Origin: a bacterium
GTDB lineage: Bacteria; SZUA-182; DTGQ01; JAFGSM01
Length of the DNA: 14,932 nucleotides
Direction of reading: 5' to 3'
NCBI GenBank assembly: GCA_049472335.1
Contig: JBLIRO010000104.1
Span: 1 to 14,932 of the forward strand
This document shows, piece by piece, positions 1 through 9,018 of the stretch (position 1 is its first letter; the number at the start of each line of letters is the position of its first letter). Made by a program: the position numbers and the translations under genes. Below the pieces are notes generated by a model. That model was not told the origin of the DNA and did not search any database. It was given only the letters and a program-made list of their open reading frames with translations.

Positions 1-231
1 AATATTTCCCGTTCTGTAGTGATAGAAACAATTTTGAATGGAGAGCTTATTGAATATTATTCCAGTGATAAACCTTTTCCAACTGGATTATTTTTAGGAT
101 GGATTGGGCAGAGACCGATCCATGTAATTATTTCTTATGATTCATCTAACGAAAAAGTATTTATTATCACAGTTTACAAACCAGATCTTAAGCATTTCGA
201 ACCAGGCTTTAAAATTAGGAGAAAAACATGA
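1..231 (+). CDS. DUF4258-family protein (putative toxin), 5'-partial
   Basis: Frame is open from base 1 (NISRSVVIETILNGELIEYYSSDKPFP...RPIHVI...FIITVYKPD...FKIRR). This pattern is typical of DUF4258. ATGA overlap with the downstream zinc-finger gene. Confidence 0.75.
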   Translation, partial: NISRSVVIETILNGELIEYYSSDKPFPTGLFLGWIGQRPIHVIISYDSSNEKVFIITVYKPDLKHFEPGFKIRRKT

Positions 232-479
232 AAGATTTACAATCAGCATCCCTATGCCCTTTGTGTAAAGGTAAAAAGCAATTAGGAAAAACGACTTTTA
301 CTGTTGATCTCGGTTTTGGTGTAGTTGTTGTAAGAGATGTCCCTGCAACTGTATGTTCTCAGTGTGGAGCAGATTGGATTTCAGATGACATTGCAGAAAA
401 GTTGGAAAGATTAGTTGAGGAAGCTCGATCGAAACATCATCAAGTTGAAGTAATTTCTTTACTCGAAGATGCGGCATAA
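228..479 (+). CDS. YgiT-type zinc finger / MqsA-like antitoxin-family protein
   Basis: CPLC...VVVVRDVPATVCSQCG pattern, 83 aa, coupled to the DUF4258 gene. Confidence 0.8.
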   Translation: MKDLQSASLCPLCKGKKQLGKTTFTVDLGFGVVVVRDVPATVCSQCGADWISDDIAEKLERLVEEARSKHHQVEVISLLEDAA

Positions 480-530
480 ATAATTGGAGACGAGAGCATA
501 CTAGTGAGAGTGTTTATGTCATGAGAACCG

Positions 531-564
531 TCCCCTTGTCATCGTTTTCCCCTTGTCATCGTTT
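531..564 (+). repeat. Perfect 17-bp tandem duplication TCCCCTTGTCATCGTTT x2
   Basis: 531-547 and 548-564 are identical. The first copy is preceded by GAGAACCG. Confidence 0.9.
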
Positions 565-578
565 AAAAGTTAGTATTT

Positions 579-917
579 ATGAAAACAAAATTGGGTTATT
601 TGACAACTAAAGAAGAAAAGGTCATAAGGGCTTTTGTAAGAGAGTTGAGGAACGATCTGGGTAACGATCTTTTAACTGTTCGAATATTCGGTTCCAAGAT
701 AAAAGGTGATTTTACAAAGTATTCAGATATTGATCTATTTATTCTGATTAAGAAAAAAAACTTACGGGAAAAAATAAGCGATCTCGCGGCGGAGTACTTA
801 TTTAAATATAACGTACTGTTATCCCCGGTAGTTTATAGTTTGTTTGAATATAAGGAAAATAAAAGGTTAGGATCATTTTTTTTTGAAAAAGTAGAAAAAG
901 AGGGGATTCCATTATGA
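579..917 (+). CDS. Minimal nucleotidyltransferase (MNT) antitoxin
   Basis: IFGSKIKGDFTKYSDIDLFIL matches the GS-x10-DxD polymerase-beta motif. 112 aa, ATGA overlap with the HEPN gene. Confidence 0.85.
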   Translation: MKTKLGYLTTKEEKVIRAFVRELRNDLGNDLLTVRIFGSKIKGDFTKYSDIDLFILIKKKNLREKISDLAAEYLFKYNVLLSPVVYSLFEYKENKRLGSFFFEKVEKEGIPL

Positions 918-1307
918 GCAGGGTAGATCTAGCTAATTATAGATTACAGAAAGCGAAAGAAATCCTGATCGAGGCTGATGATAACCTTACACAAATGCAT
1001 TATGGACTTTCAATTAATAGAAGCTATTATGCAATGTTTACCTCTGCAAGGGCCTTATTGGCCCTTAAAGAGTTAGATTCGAGTAAACATTCGGGAGTAA
1101 TAACACTTTAATCAATATATTATCAAATCCGGTTATTTCCCAAAAGAGTTAAGCAAATTTTTATTAAAAGCAAAAGATATAAGGGAAGAAGCTGATTATG
1201 GGGATTTTGTAGAAATTACAAAAAAAGACGCTCAATTACAAATTGAAAGAGCAAAAAAATTTGTTGAAGAAGCAGAAAAGACAATGCAGAAAATAATCGA
1301 AAATTAA
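914..1307 (+). pseudogene. HEPN-domain protein (UPF0332-like), split by a frameshift at about 1106-1111
   Basis: N-terminal half (INRSYYAMF...SKHSGVITL) stops at TAA 1109-1111. The +1 frame continues FNQYIIKSGYFPKELSKFLLKAKDIREEADYGDFVEITKKDAQLQIERAKKFVEEAEKTMQKIIEN to TAA 1305-1307 and contains the R-x4-Y motif REEADY. Confidence 0.85.
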
Positions 1308-1449
1308 AATCTGTCGTTTTTAGCAATAAGAAAAAATCTTCGATTCAATCTTTATCCATAATTCCTGGATGCAACAAAACTTGGAATTTGGGTTGAAAAA
1401 AGAGGAATCTGTCGATACCATTATCAACCTTTATAAAAGAAATTTAGTA

Positions 1450-1486
1450 TTGAGAAGTATGTATAAATGATGCATACTTATACATA
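1450..1486 (+). promoter_or_regulatory. Putative sigma70-type vapB promoter overlapped by operator-like inverted repeats
   Basis: TTGAGA (1450-1455), 17 bp, CATACT (1473-1478). Inverted repeats AAGTATGTAT/ATGCATACTT (1455-1464/1470-1479, one mismatch) and TATGTATAA/TTATACATA (1458-1466/1478-1486). ATG is 7 nt after the -10 with no SD, so the transcript is likely leaderless. Confidence 0.55.
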
Positions 1487-1683
1487 TGAGAACAACAATA
1501 AATATCGATGATGAAATCTTAGAAAAGGCATCGCGTTTGACTGGGATAAAGGAAAAGACTGCTTTAGTTCGAATGGGGCTGGAAGTTCTTATTTCCCGTG
1601 AAAGCAATAAATGCCTTGCAAAGCTTGGTGGAACAGAAAAGGATCTTCGCCTTATTCCAAGAAGAAGATCAATAAAGCCATAA
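1486..1683 (+). CDS. vapB: VapB-family antitoxin (DUF2191-like)
   Basis: MRTTINIDDEILEKASRLTGIKEKTALVRMGLEVLI...LAKLGGTE...PRRR is typical of this family. Followed by a PIN-domain remnant. Confidence 0.85.
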   Translation: MRTTINIDDEILEKASRLTGIKEKTALVRMGLEVLISRESNKCLAKLGGTEKDLRLIPRRRSIKP

Positions 1684-1685
1684 TA

Positions 1686-1813
1686 ATGGTTATTGTTGAC
1701 ACTTCGATATGGATTACACATCTTCGGAAAGGAAACCCTCATCAATACCTTTATGGACCTTTGATAAAAGATTGAAATCTGCCGCACTTAAACTTGATAC
1801 TGCTTATAAATAA
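1686..1813 (+). pseudogene. vapC: VapC (PIN-domain) toxin remnant with a large internal deletion
   Basis: ATG 1686 gives MVIVDTSIWITHLRKGNP (PIN N-terminal VDTS motif). From 1742 another frame gives SIPLWTFDKRLKSAALKLDTAYK* (PIN C-terminal LWTxD motif). The middle of the domain is missing. Confidence 0.85.
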
Positions 1814-1880
1814 TACTTCCCGGCTCTTTTCTTTTTGAAAAAAGATTTTTGAAAAAAAATTTTTATCATCTTTTAATTTA

Positions 1881-1889
1881 TGATATACT
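1881..1889 (+). promoter_or_regulatory. Putative extended -10 promoter element of the fdh operon
   Basis: TG-A-TATACT in an A/T-rich tract about 105 bp upstream of the first operon gene. No convincing -35. Confidence 0.35.
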
Positions 1890-1994
1890 CCAAAGGCCAT
1901 AAATTGATTTTTTACCGGAAGGATCATGGAGACATTTAACTAAAAGCTCTGAGTTCTATCGTATTACCTTATGTGTATGGGCAGTTGATATAGT

Positions 1995-2558
1995 ATGAAA
2001 AAAGAAAGTAGTAACTCGGTGGAAGTTTTCCAGGATGGTTATAAGAGAGAGGGGTGCTATCCCCATGCCAATCTTATATTGCTGGATGATGAAGACCCTA
2101 ATCATAAGAAATTGGCGGAAGTTGTTGACTCTTATCGCAGGAAGGACGGGTCAACCATCCCCATTCTGCAGGATGTTCAGTCAATCTTTGGTTATATCCC
2201 TGAAATAGCCGTTGATTATATCTCTCAGGAACTGGGAATACCCCCTACAAATATCTATGGTGTGGTTACCTTTTACGCCCAGTTTCACACAGAGCCTAGA
2301 GGTAAATATGTCATACGAACATGCAGGGGAACTGCCTGCCATGTGAAGGGAGGAAAGGGTGTTCTCAAGGCGATCCAGGACAAACTCGGGCTTTGTGACG
2401 GAGAGACCAGTCCTGATCTTAAATTCACCCTCGAAACGGTCGCTTGTCTTGGGGCCTGTGCCCTGGCGCCTGTTGTGGTTATAAATCAAAATTACTACGG
2501 TAATCAAAACCCTCAGAAGGTCTTGAGGATTTTGGAGAAATATATGGAAGAGGATTAA
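1995..2558 (+). CDS. NuoE/HydC-like thioredoxin-fold [2Fe-2S] subunit
   Basis: IPILQDVQSIFGYIP, GVVTFYAQF, CRGTAC...ACLGACALAP (C-x4-C...C-x3-C). The true start may lie further downstream. Confidence 0.92.
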   Translation: MKKESSNSVEVFQDGYKREGCYPHANLILLDDEDPNHKKLAEVVDSYRRKDGSTIPILQDVQSIFGYIPEIAVDYISQELGIPPTNIYGVVTFYAQFHTEPRGKYVIRTCRGTACHVKGGKGVLKAIQDKLGLCDGETSPDLKFTLETVACLGACALAPVVVINQNYYGNQNPQKVLRILEKYMEED

Positions 2559-2569
2559 AGATGTTTTTA

Positions 2570-2608
2570 ACTTTAGGCACTTGAAACTTTAGGCACTTTA
2601 GGCACTTT
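2570..2608 (+). repeat. Short tandem repeat ACTTTAGGC (3 full copies plus partial units)
   Basis: ACTTTAGGC at 2570-2578, 2586-2594 and 2595-2603, with ACTTGAA between copies 1 and 2 and ACTTT after copy 3. Confidence 0.85.
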
Positions 2609-2677
2609 CTTTTAAACTTTACATAATTTTTAACCCATATTCACTTAAATTATTCTAACTCGAAATCGAATTCATAA

Positions 2678-5600
2678 ATGGCAAAACTCAAGTCAAGAGA
2701 AGAATTCAGCAAGCTTAAAAATAAACTGGTCAAACGCAGGCAGCATGAAAAAAGGATCATAACCGTATGCGGGAGCACAGGTTGTAGCGCGTTCGGGAGC
2801 GCCGATGTCATTGATGCGTTTAAAGAACAGATAGAGAAGGCCGGATTGCAGGACAAGGTCCTGGTTAGAAAAACCGGATGCCATGGTTTTTGCGAAAAGG
2901 GTCCCATCGTAACCATCTTGCCTGAGGATTTCTTTTATAACCGGGTGGCGGTGGAAGATGTGCCTGAAATCATAGACCAGACCGTTAAAAAGGGCGAGCT
3001 TGTCGAAAGGCTTTTATATAGAGATCCTCAAACCGGTGAAAAATGTGTTCATACCCATGATGTCCCCTTTTATGCAGGCCAAATGAGAAAGGTCTTTCAG
3101 CATAATGGTAATATAGATCCCACGGATATAGAGGCCTATATAGCTGTTGATGGCTACGATGGTTTCGTAAAGGCAATATACGAGATGAGACCTGAAGAGG
3201 TTGTCGAGGAGGTCAAAGATGCGGGTCTTAGAGGCAGAGGCGGAGGGGGCTTTTTAACGGGACTAAAATGGGAGTTTTGCCGAAAGGCATTTGGCCAGCC
3301 TAAATATGTGATATGTAATGCGGACGAGGGAGACCCGGGCGCCTTCATGGACCGAAGCCTTCTGGAGGGGAATCCCCATGCCGTTATCGAGGGAATGCTG
3401 ATCGCCGCTTACGCTATTGGGTCGGAATACGGTTATATCTATGTGCGCGCCGAATATCCCCTTGCCATTCGTCATCTGAAGATTGCCATCGAACAGGGAA
3501 GCGTCGTGGGACTCCTCGGGGATAAGATTTTGGGAACGGATTTCTCCTTTCATCTAAAGATAAAGCAGGGTGCGGGGGCTTTTGTGTGCGGCGAGGAGAC
3601 CGCCTTGATCGCCTCCATAGAAGGGAAAAGGGGCATGCCCCGTTCCCGCCCTCCGTTTCCCGCCCATCACGGCGTATGGGGAAAACCTACAAATATAAAT
3701 AATGTTGAGACCTTTGCCAATGTGCCTCTGATTATTTTGGAGGGGGCTAAAAAATACGCTGAAGTGGGCACTGAAAAGAGCAAAGGGACCAAGATCTTTG
3801 CCCTGGCCGGCAAGATTAATAATACCGGCCTGGTAGAGGTGCCCTTGGGTACGAGCTTGCGAGATGTTATTCATAATATTGGCGGCGGCATACCCAAAGG
3901 CCGGAAGTTTAAGGCCGTGCAGCTTGGCGGGCCTTCCGGCGGCTGTATCCCGGCCCGGCATCTGGATACGCCAATAGATTATGATTCCCTCCAGGAACTG
4001 GGTGCCATAATGGGCTCAGGCGGGATGATTGTCATGGATGAAAATACATGTATGGTGGATATTGCCCGTTATTTTCTGGAGTTTGTCCAGAGTGAGTCCT
4101 GCGGCAAATGTATTCCATGCCGGATCGGCACCAAGAGGATGCTTGAGATCCTTGTTAGGATCACTGAAGGTCAGGGGCAGATGAGCGATCTGGATCTGCT
4201 TGAGGAGCTTGCCATACATATAAAAGATACCGCATTGTGCGGCCTTGGACAGACTGCCCCCAACCCCGTGCTTTCGACCTTGCGCTATTTCCGGGATGAA
4301 TATGAAAGCCATATACTATATAAGAAATGTCCCGCTTCCTCATGCGAGGCCCTTTTCCTATCACCATGCGAGCATACATGTCCTCTGGGCACGGATGTCC
4401 CCAACTATGTTAATCTCATTGCCGAAAACCGTTTTTCAGAGGCACTGGCAGTGATTCGGGAGAAGAATCCCTTTCCCGGGATCTGTGGGAGGGTTTGTCA
4501 CCATCCCTGTCAGGTTCGATGCCGGAGAGGGGAAATCGATGACCCCATTGCCATCGCGGATCTAAAAAGGGTCGCGGCTGATTTCGGCGGCAATGATTAC
4601 AACCTCCTCTATACAAATATCCGATGGAAGAAGGAAAAAGTGGCAGTCATAGGCGGTGGTCCCTCCGGACTTACTGCAGCGTATTTTTTAGGACGGCTTG
4701 GTTTTCCGGTTACATTGTTTGAAGCCATGCCTGTTCTTGGGGGAATGCTTTACTGGGGCATTCCGGAATACCGTCTTCCAAAAGAGGTTTTGGATAAAGA
4801 AATCAAGGCAGTAATGCCATGGATAGCAGAGCTGAGAACCAATACCAGGATAGGGGCAGACATCCGGTTTGAGGATTTGCTCAAGGGGGAGTATAAGGCA
4901 ATTTATATCTCAACAGGTGCCCCGTCAGGGGTTCCCCTTAATTTGCCAGGCAGGGACCTGGATGGGGTTTGGGATGGAATCACCTTTCTCAACCAGGTGA
5001 ATTTTGGAAAAAGGCTGGGCATTGGTGAGTGGGTATGTGTGATCGGCGGTGGGAATGTGGCTATGGATGCTGCCAGGACCGCTTTAAGACTTGGCGCGAA
5101 AGAGGTGACCGTTTGTTACAGGAGGGAAAAATCGGATATGCCGGCCATGGAGGAAGAGATCATGGAGGCCGAGGAGGAGGGTGTCCGGTTTTTATTTCTC
5201 ATGATTCCCCTGGAGATAAGGGGCGAGGATGGCAGGATGACCGGATTGGTATGCCAAAAGGCTGTTCTTGGTGAAACAGGCCCAGACGGCCGGCGTGTAC
5301 CCGTTCCGCAACAAGGCACGGAATTCACTATCCCTGTGGATACACTCATAGGGGCCATTGGCCAGAGATTGGACCTTTCTTATCTGCCCGAAAATATCAA
5401 GGAAGAGATCTGTAACGGGAACAGGATTTGGAGTGATCCCCAGAGCTGTAAGACAAAAAATCCGTTTATATTCGCGGGCGGAGATATGGTTACAGGTCCC
5501 CTGACAGCCATCGATGCCATTGCCGCGGGAAGAAAGGCCGCCCTGGCCATCAGTGAATATATTTCCCCCCATTCATCAAGGCACCTAAGGGTCATATCCA

Positions 5601-5797
5601 ATGAGAGGATACTCTATCATGAGGTTAATGTTGATGAATCGCAGGGGGATGCACTCAGGGTGCCCATGTCCCATCTGGGCGTGAAGCAGAGACTTAGGGG
5701 CTTTTCAGAGGTCAAAAAGGGATATTCTCCGGATGAGGCCGTTAAAGAGGCAAGGAGATGTCTTAAATGCAATTTTGAAAAGATGATGGGATCATAA
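2678..5797 (+). CDS. NuoF/HydB-like FMN/NADH subunit fused to a GltD/NfnB-like FAD/NADP(H) oxidoreductase
   Basis: N-terminal CGSTGC...GCHGFC, GLRGRGGGGF, CNADEGDPGAFMDR, GAGAFVCGEETAL, ESCGKCIPC...LCGLG. From about nt 4361: SPCEHTCP, GRVCHHPCQVRC, GGGPSGL, GGGNVAMD...YRR, FAGGD, RRCLKC. Confidence 0.92.
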   Translation: MAKLKSREEFSKLKNKLVKRRQHEKRIITVCGSTGCSAFGSADVIDAFKEQIEKAGLQDKVLVRKTGCHGFCEKGPIVTILPEDFFYNRVAVEDVPEIIDQTVKKGELVERLLYRDPQTGEKCVHTHDVPFYAGQMRKVFQHNGNIDPTDIEAYIAVDGYDGFVKAIYEMRPEEVVEEVKDAGLRGRGGGGFLTGLKWEFCRKAFGQPKYVICNADEGDPGAFMDRSLLEGNPHAVIEGMLIAAYAIGSEYGYIYVRAEYPLAIRHLKIAIEQGSVVGLLGDKILGTDFSFHLKIKQGAGAFVCGEETALIASIEGKRGMPRSRPPFPAHHGVWGKPTNINNVETFANVPLIILEGAKKYAEVGTEKSKGTKIFALAGKINNTGLVEVPLGTSLRDVIHNIGGGIPKGRKFKAVQLGGPSGGCIPARHLDTPIDYDSLQELGAIMGSGGMIVMDENTCMVDIARYFLEFVQSESCGKCIPCRIGTKRMLEILVRITEGQGQMSDLDLLEELAIHIKDTALCGLGQTAPNPVLSTLRYFRDEYESHILYKKCPASSCEALFLSPCEHTCPLGTDVPNYVNLIAENRFSEALAVIREKNPFPGICGRVCHHPCQVRCRRGEIDDPIAIADLKRVAADFGGNDYNLLYTNIRWKKEKVAVIGGGPSGLTAAYFLGRLGFPVTLFEAMPVLGGMLYWGIPEYRLPKEVLDKEIKAVMPWIAELRTNTRIGADIRFEDLLKGEYKAIYISTGAPSGVPLNLPGRDLDGVWDGITFLNQVNFGKRLGIGEWVCVIGGGNVAMDAARTALRLGAKEVTVCYRREKSDMPAMEEEIMEAEEEGVRFLFLMIPLEIRGEDGRMTGLVCQKAVLGETGPDGRRVPVPQQGTEFTIPVDTLIGAIGQRLDLSYLPENIKEEICNGNRIWSDPQSCKTKNPFIFAGGDMVTGPLTAIDAIAAGRKAALAISEYISPHSSRHLRVISNERILYHEVNVDESQGDALRVPMSHLGVKQRLRGFSEVKKGYSPDEAVKEARRCLKCNFEKMMGS

Positions 5798-5799
5798 AA

Positions 5800-8487
5800 A
5801 TGATCAGTCTGACAATCGATAAAAAAAGGATCTATGCAGAGCCAGGGTCTACGATCCTGGAAGCGGCTCAGAAAAACGGTATCTATATCCCCACACTTTG
5901 TCAATACCGTGATCTGTCACCCTTTGGCGGATGCCGGATATGCCTTGTGGAGGTAGAAGGCATACCAAGGCTCATGGCCTCTTGTGTCACCCCAGTGGTG
6001 GATAAAATGGTTGCGCATACCCAATCGGAGAGGATATTCAAGGCAAGAAAGACCAATCTGGAGATGATTTTTTCCGCCCACTCGGGTGATTGCCTTACCT
6101 GCGAGAGGAGCGGGGATTGTGAGCTTCAGGATCTGGCCTATGAACATCAGCTTTCGGAGATCAGGTTCCAGGGGGAAAGGGGTTTTTCTGCGGTTGATGA
6201 AAGCAATCCTCTGATAGAAAGGGATCACAGCAGATGCATACTCTGCGGAAGATGCGTGAGGATTTGTGATGAGATTCAGGGAGTGAGGGCCATCGATTTT
6301 CAGGGGAGAGGTTTCCATACCAGGATCGGTACTGCGTTTAACCGGCCCCTTAACTGTGAGTTTTGCGGTCAGTGTATTACATCATGCCCTACGGGTGCCC
6401 TGATCCCAAAGATGTCAAAATTCAAGGGGAGAAAGGTGCAAACCGAAAAGATCCGGACCACCTGTCCGTATTGCGGTTGTGGCTGCCAGCTCATATTGCA
6501 TATAAGGGATGGCGTGATAGTGGGGGTCTCATCCCCGGAGGATAGCCTAAATAGTGGTTATCTTTGCTCCAAGGGGCGGTTCGGATATGAGTTCGTCAAT
6601 TCCGGAAGCCGGCTGACCACCCCAATGGCTAAATCCTATAAAGGATTTAAGCCCGTTGAATGGCCCAAGGTCTATGATCTGATAAGCAGCCGGCTTAAGG
6701 AGATAAAGGCAGAATATGGTCCGGACGCCATTGCGGGTTTGAGCTCCGCAAAATGCACAAACGAAGAAAACTATCTATTCCAAAAGTTTATGCGAGCAGT
6801 GATCGGGACGAATAACGTTGATCACTGCGCACGTCTCTGACACGCCCCAACGGTGGCCGGTCTGGTCGCCACACTGGGAAGCGGGGCAATGACAAATTCT
6901 ATAGGTGATATAGCGGATTCGGAATCCATGTTGGTGATCGGCTCCAACACCACGGAAGCGCATCCTATCGTGGCATTAAAGATCAAGGAGGCCATCCGGA
7001 AAAGGGGGGCCTCCTTGATTGTGGCAGACCCAAGGTCCATTGAATTGGCAAGGTTTGCCAGACTACACATCAGGCAGAGGCCGGGTACGGATGTGGCCCT
7101 GTTGAACGGCCTTATGCACGTCATTTTGAAAGAGGGCCTGGAGGACAGGGATTTCATCAATAAAAGGACGGATGGGTTTTACGAATTGAAAGAGGTTGTT
7201 GATAAGTATCCCCCCGAAAAGGTTGAAGAGATAACGGGTGTGCCCAAGGATAAGATTGTCGAGGCCGCGAGGATTTTCGCAAAAGGGGAAAGGGGAGCCA
7301 TATTTTATGCCATGGGTATCACCCAGCATATTGTGGGAACTGACAATGTGAAAGCTGTTGCGGACCTTGCCCTTTTGACAGGGAATCTGGGCAAGCCGGG
7401 GGCCGGGGTGAATCCGTTAAGGGGGCAAAACAATGTGCAGGGCGCCTGTGATATGGGGTGTCTTCCCAATGTATTTCCGGGTTATCAATCGGTTGAGGAC
7501 CCGGATGTCAGAAGAAAATTTGAAACAGCATGGAAGACGCAGCTTCCGCCCAATAGGGGATTGACTATCCTTGAGATGATTGAGGGTGTCGAAAAGGGCC
7601 AGATCAAGGCCATGTATATCATGGGTGAAAATCCGCTGCTTTCCGATCCGGACATTGCCCATGTGAAAGAGGCCCTCAAGAAGTTGCAATTTCTAGTGGT
7701 TCAGGATATCTTTATCACGGAAACAGGAGAAATGGCAGATGTAGTATTGCCCGGGGCCTCCTTTGCGGAAAAGGACGGCACCTTTACCAATACGGAACGC
7801 CGCATCCAGAGGGTCCATAGCGCATTCCCGCCCCCGGGGGATGGCCGTCCGGATTGGCAGATCATACAGGAACTATCCCTGGCCATGGGATACGAAATGA
7901 AATATTCTCATCCCCGGAAGATCATGGATGAGATAGCATCCTTAACCCCCATATATGGAGGGATTGACTACAGAAGGATTGAAAAGGATGGACTACAGTG
8001 GCCTTGCCTGGATTTTGAACATTCCGGCACGCCAGTCCTTCATGTGGAGCGTTTTCCAAAAGGAAAGGCCCGGTTTATCCCTGTTGAATTTGTACCTCCC
8101 GCGGAAGAGGCGGATAAGGAATATCCTTATATATTAACCACCGGCCGGATGCTTTTTCATTTCCATACCGGAACCATGACGCGCCGGTCAAAAGGTCTTA
8201 ACCAAGTTTGCCCGAAGCCCTATATGGAGATCAATGCGGAAGACGCGAAGACACTGTCCCTGAAAAACGGTGATCATGTCAAGGTGTCATCAAGGAGAGG
8301 ATCTGTGGAATTGGAGGCGAGGGTGACCGAAAAGATATCCAGAGGGATCGTATTTATTCCGTTTCACTTTAAAGAGGCTGCCGCAAATCTCTTGACAATA
8401 AGCAAATACGACCCTGTCTCAAAGATCCCTGAATATAAAGTTTGCGCAGTTCGAATAGAGCCCGTCGAGATGGGAGGGGAAAGATGA
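5800..8487 (+). CDS. fdhF: Selenocysteine-containing Mo/W-bisPGD formate dehydrogenase alpha subunit (895 aa, Sec at codon 347) with NuoG-like Fe-S N-terminus
   Basis: ORFs 5800-6840 and 6853-8487 share one frame. Reading through TGA 6838-6840 gives [18 protein letters not shown], the FDH active-site motif. Also [17 protein letters not shown], HxxxCxxCx5C and two CxxCxxCxxxC motifs. Confidence 0.95.
6841..6878 (+). promoter_or_regulatory. Bacterial SECIS element
   Basis: GGTGGCC (6852-6858) pairs with GGTCGCC (6864-6870, G-U pairs included) around GGTCT. Lower stem CCCA/TGGG (6846-6849/6875-6878). The stem begins 11 nt after the TGA, like the E. coli fdhF SECIS. Confidence 0.85.
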
Positions 8488-8945
8488 TTGATGTAAATAT
8501 TATAAAGAACATACCTCTTTTTTATGACCTGGATTCGGATGAGCTGAAAGAGGTCTCCAGAGTTTGTGACTTGAAGATCTATAATACCGGTGATGTCATT
8601 ATGCGTGAAGGTGAGCCGGGTGGCATATTATATGCCATAAAGAAAGGGGACGTAAAGATCACCAGAAGGGTACAGGGCCAGGAAGATATGGTTTTAACCA
8701 TCTTGAGGGATAACGATTTTTTCGGAGAGCTGTCTCTGCTGGATGGACGGGCCAGATCCGCCACTGCCACTGCCATGACCCTGACCGAGCTGGTTCTTAT
8801 CAAAAAAGAGGAGTTTGATGCCTTTGTTGAACAGAATCCGGCATGCGGATACAAATTTATGAAACGTATAGCCCTGGTCGTTGGTTCGCTTGTCAGGGAC
8901 ATGAATGAAAAGTTTATAGGGATGATGAACTATATGTGGAGATAA
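8484..8945 (+). CDS. Stand-alone cyclic-nucleotide-binding (Crp/Fnr sensor-type) domain protein, 153 aa
   Basis: [29 protein letters not shown]. Likely start is ATG 8484 (SD GGAGG, ATGA overlap with the fdh stop), not 8442. No C-terminal HTH. Confidence 0.85.
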   Translation: MIDVNIIKNIPLFYDLDSDELKEVSRVCDLKIYNTGDVIMREGEPGGILYAIKKGDVKITRRVQGQEDMVLTILRDNDFFGELSLLDGRARSATATAMTLTELVLIKKEEFDAFVEQNPACGYKFMKRIALVVGSLVRDMNEKFIGMMNYMWR

Positions 8946-9018
8946 AATCCAGATAATTATCCTTATTGAATCATACACAAATGCTTCCGTAAATCATGGT
9001 CTGTAAATATATTTATAC

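Noticed and set aside
1431..1787. 118-aa minus-strand ORF
   Set aside because: Antisense to vapB and the vapC remnant, with no motif.
1..1813. Left TA cluster as part of an integron array
   Set aside because: No attC-like palindromes between the modules, only an isolated GTTAGTA at 569-575.
531..2608. CRISPR array from the short repeats at 531-564 or 2570-2608
   Set aside because: Units are too short, directly tandem, have no unique spacers, and no cas genes are present.
1995..5797. Respiratory complex I (nuoEFG) or glutamate synthase
   Set aside because: No other nuo genes and no gltB. The partner is a catalytic FDH, so these are homologous modules of a soluble complex.
8442..8483. Longer N-terminus for the cNMP-binding protein
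   Set aside because: It overlaps the fdh coding end. ATG 8484 has an SD and an ATGA coupling.
5800..8487. Two separate genes (346 aa and 544 aa) or a nonsense pseudogene
   Set aside because: The TGA is at the Sec position, the frame is continuous and a SECIS follows.
2181..8978. Many antisense or alternate-frame ORFs of 60-135 aa within the operon
   Set aside because: Shadows of strongly supported genes, with no recognisable motifs.
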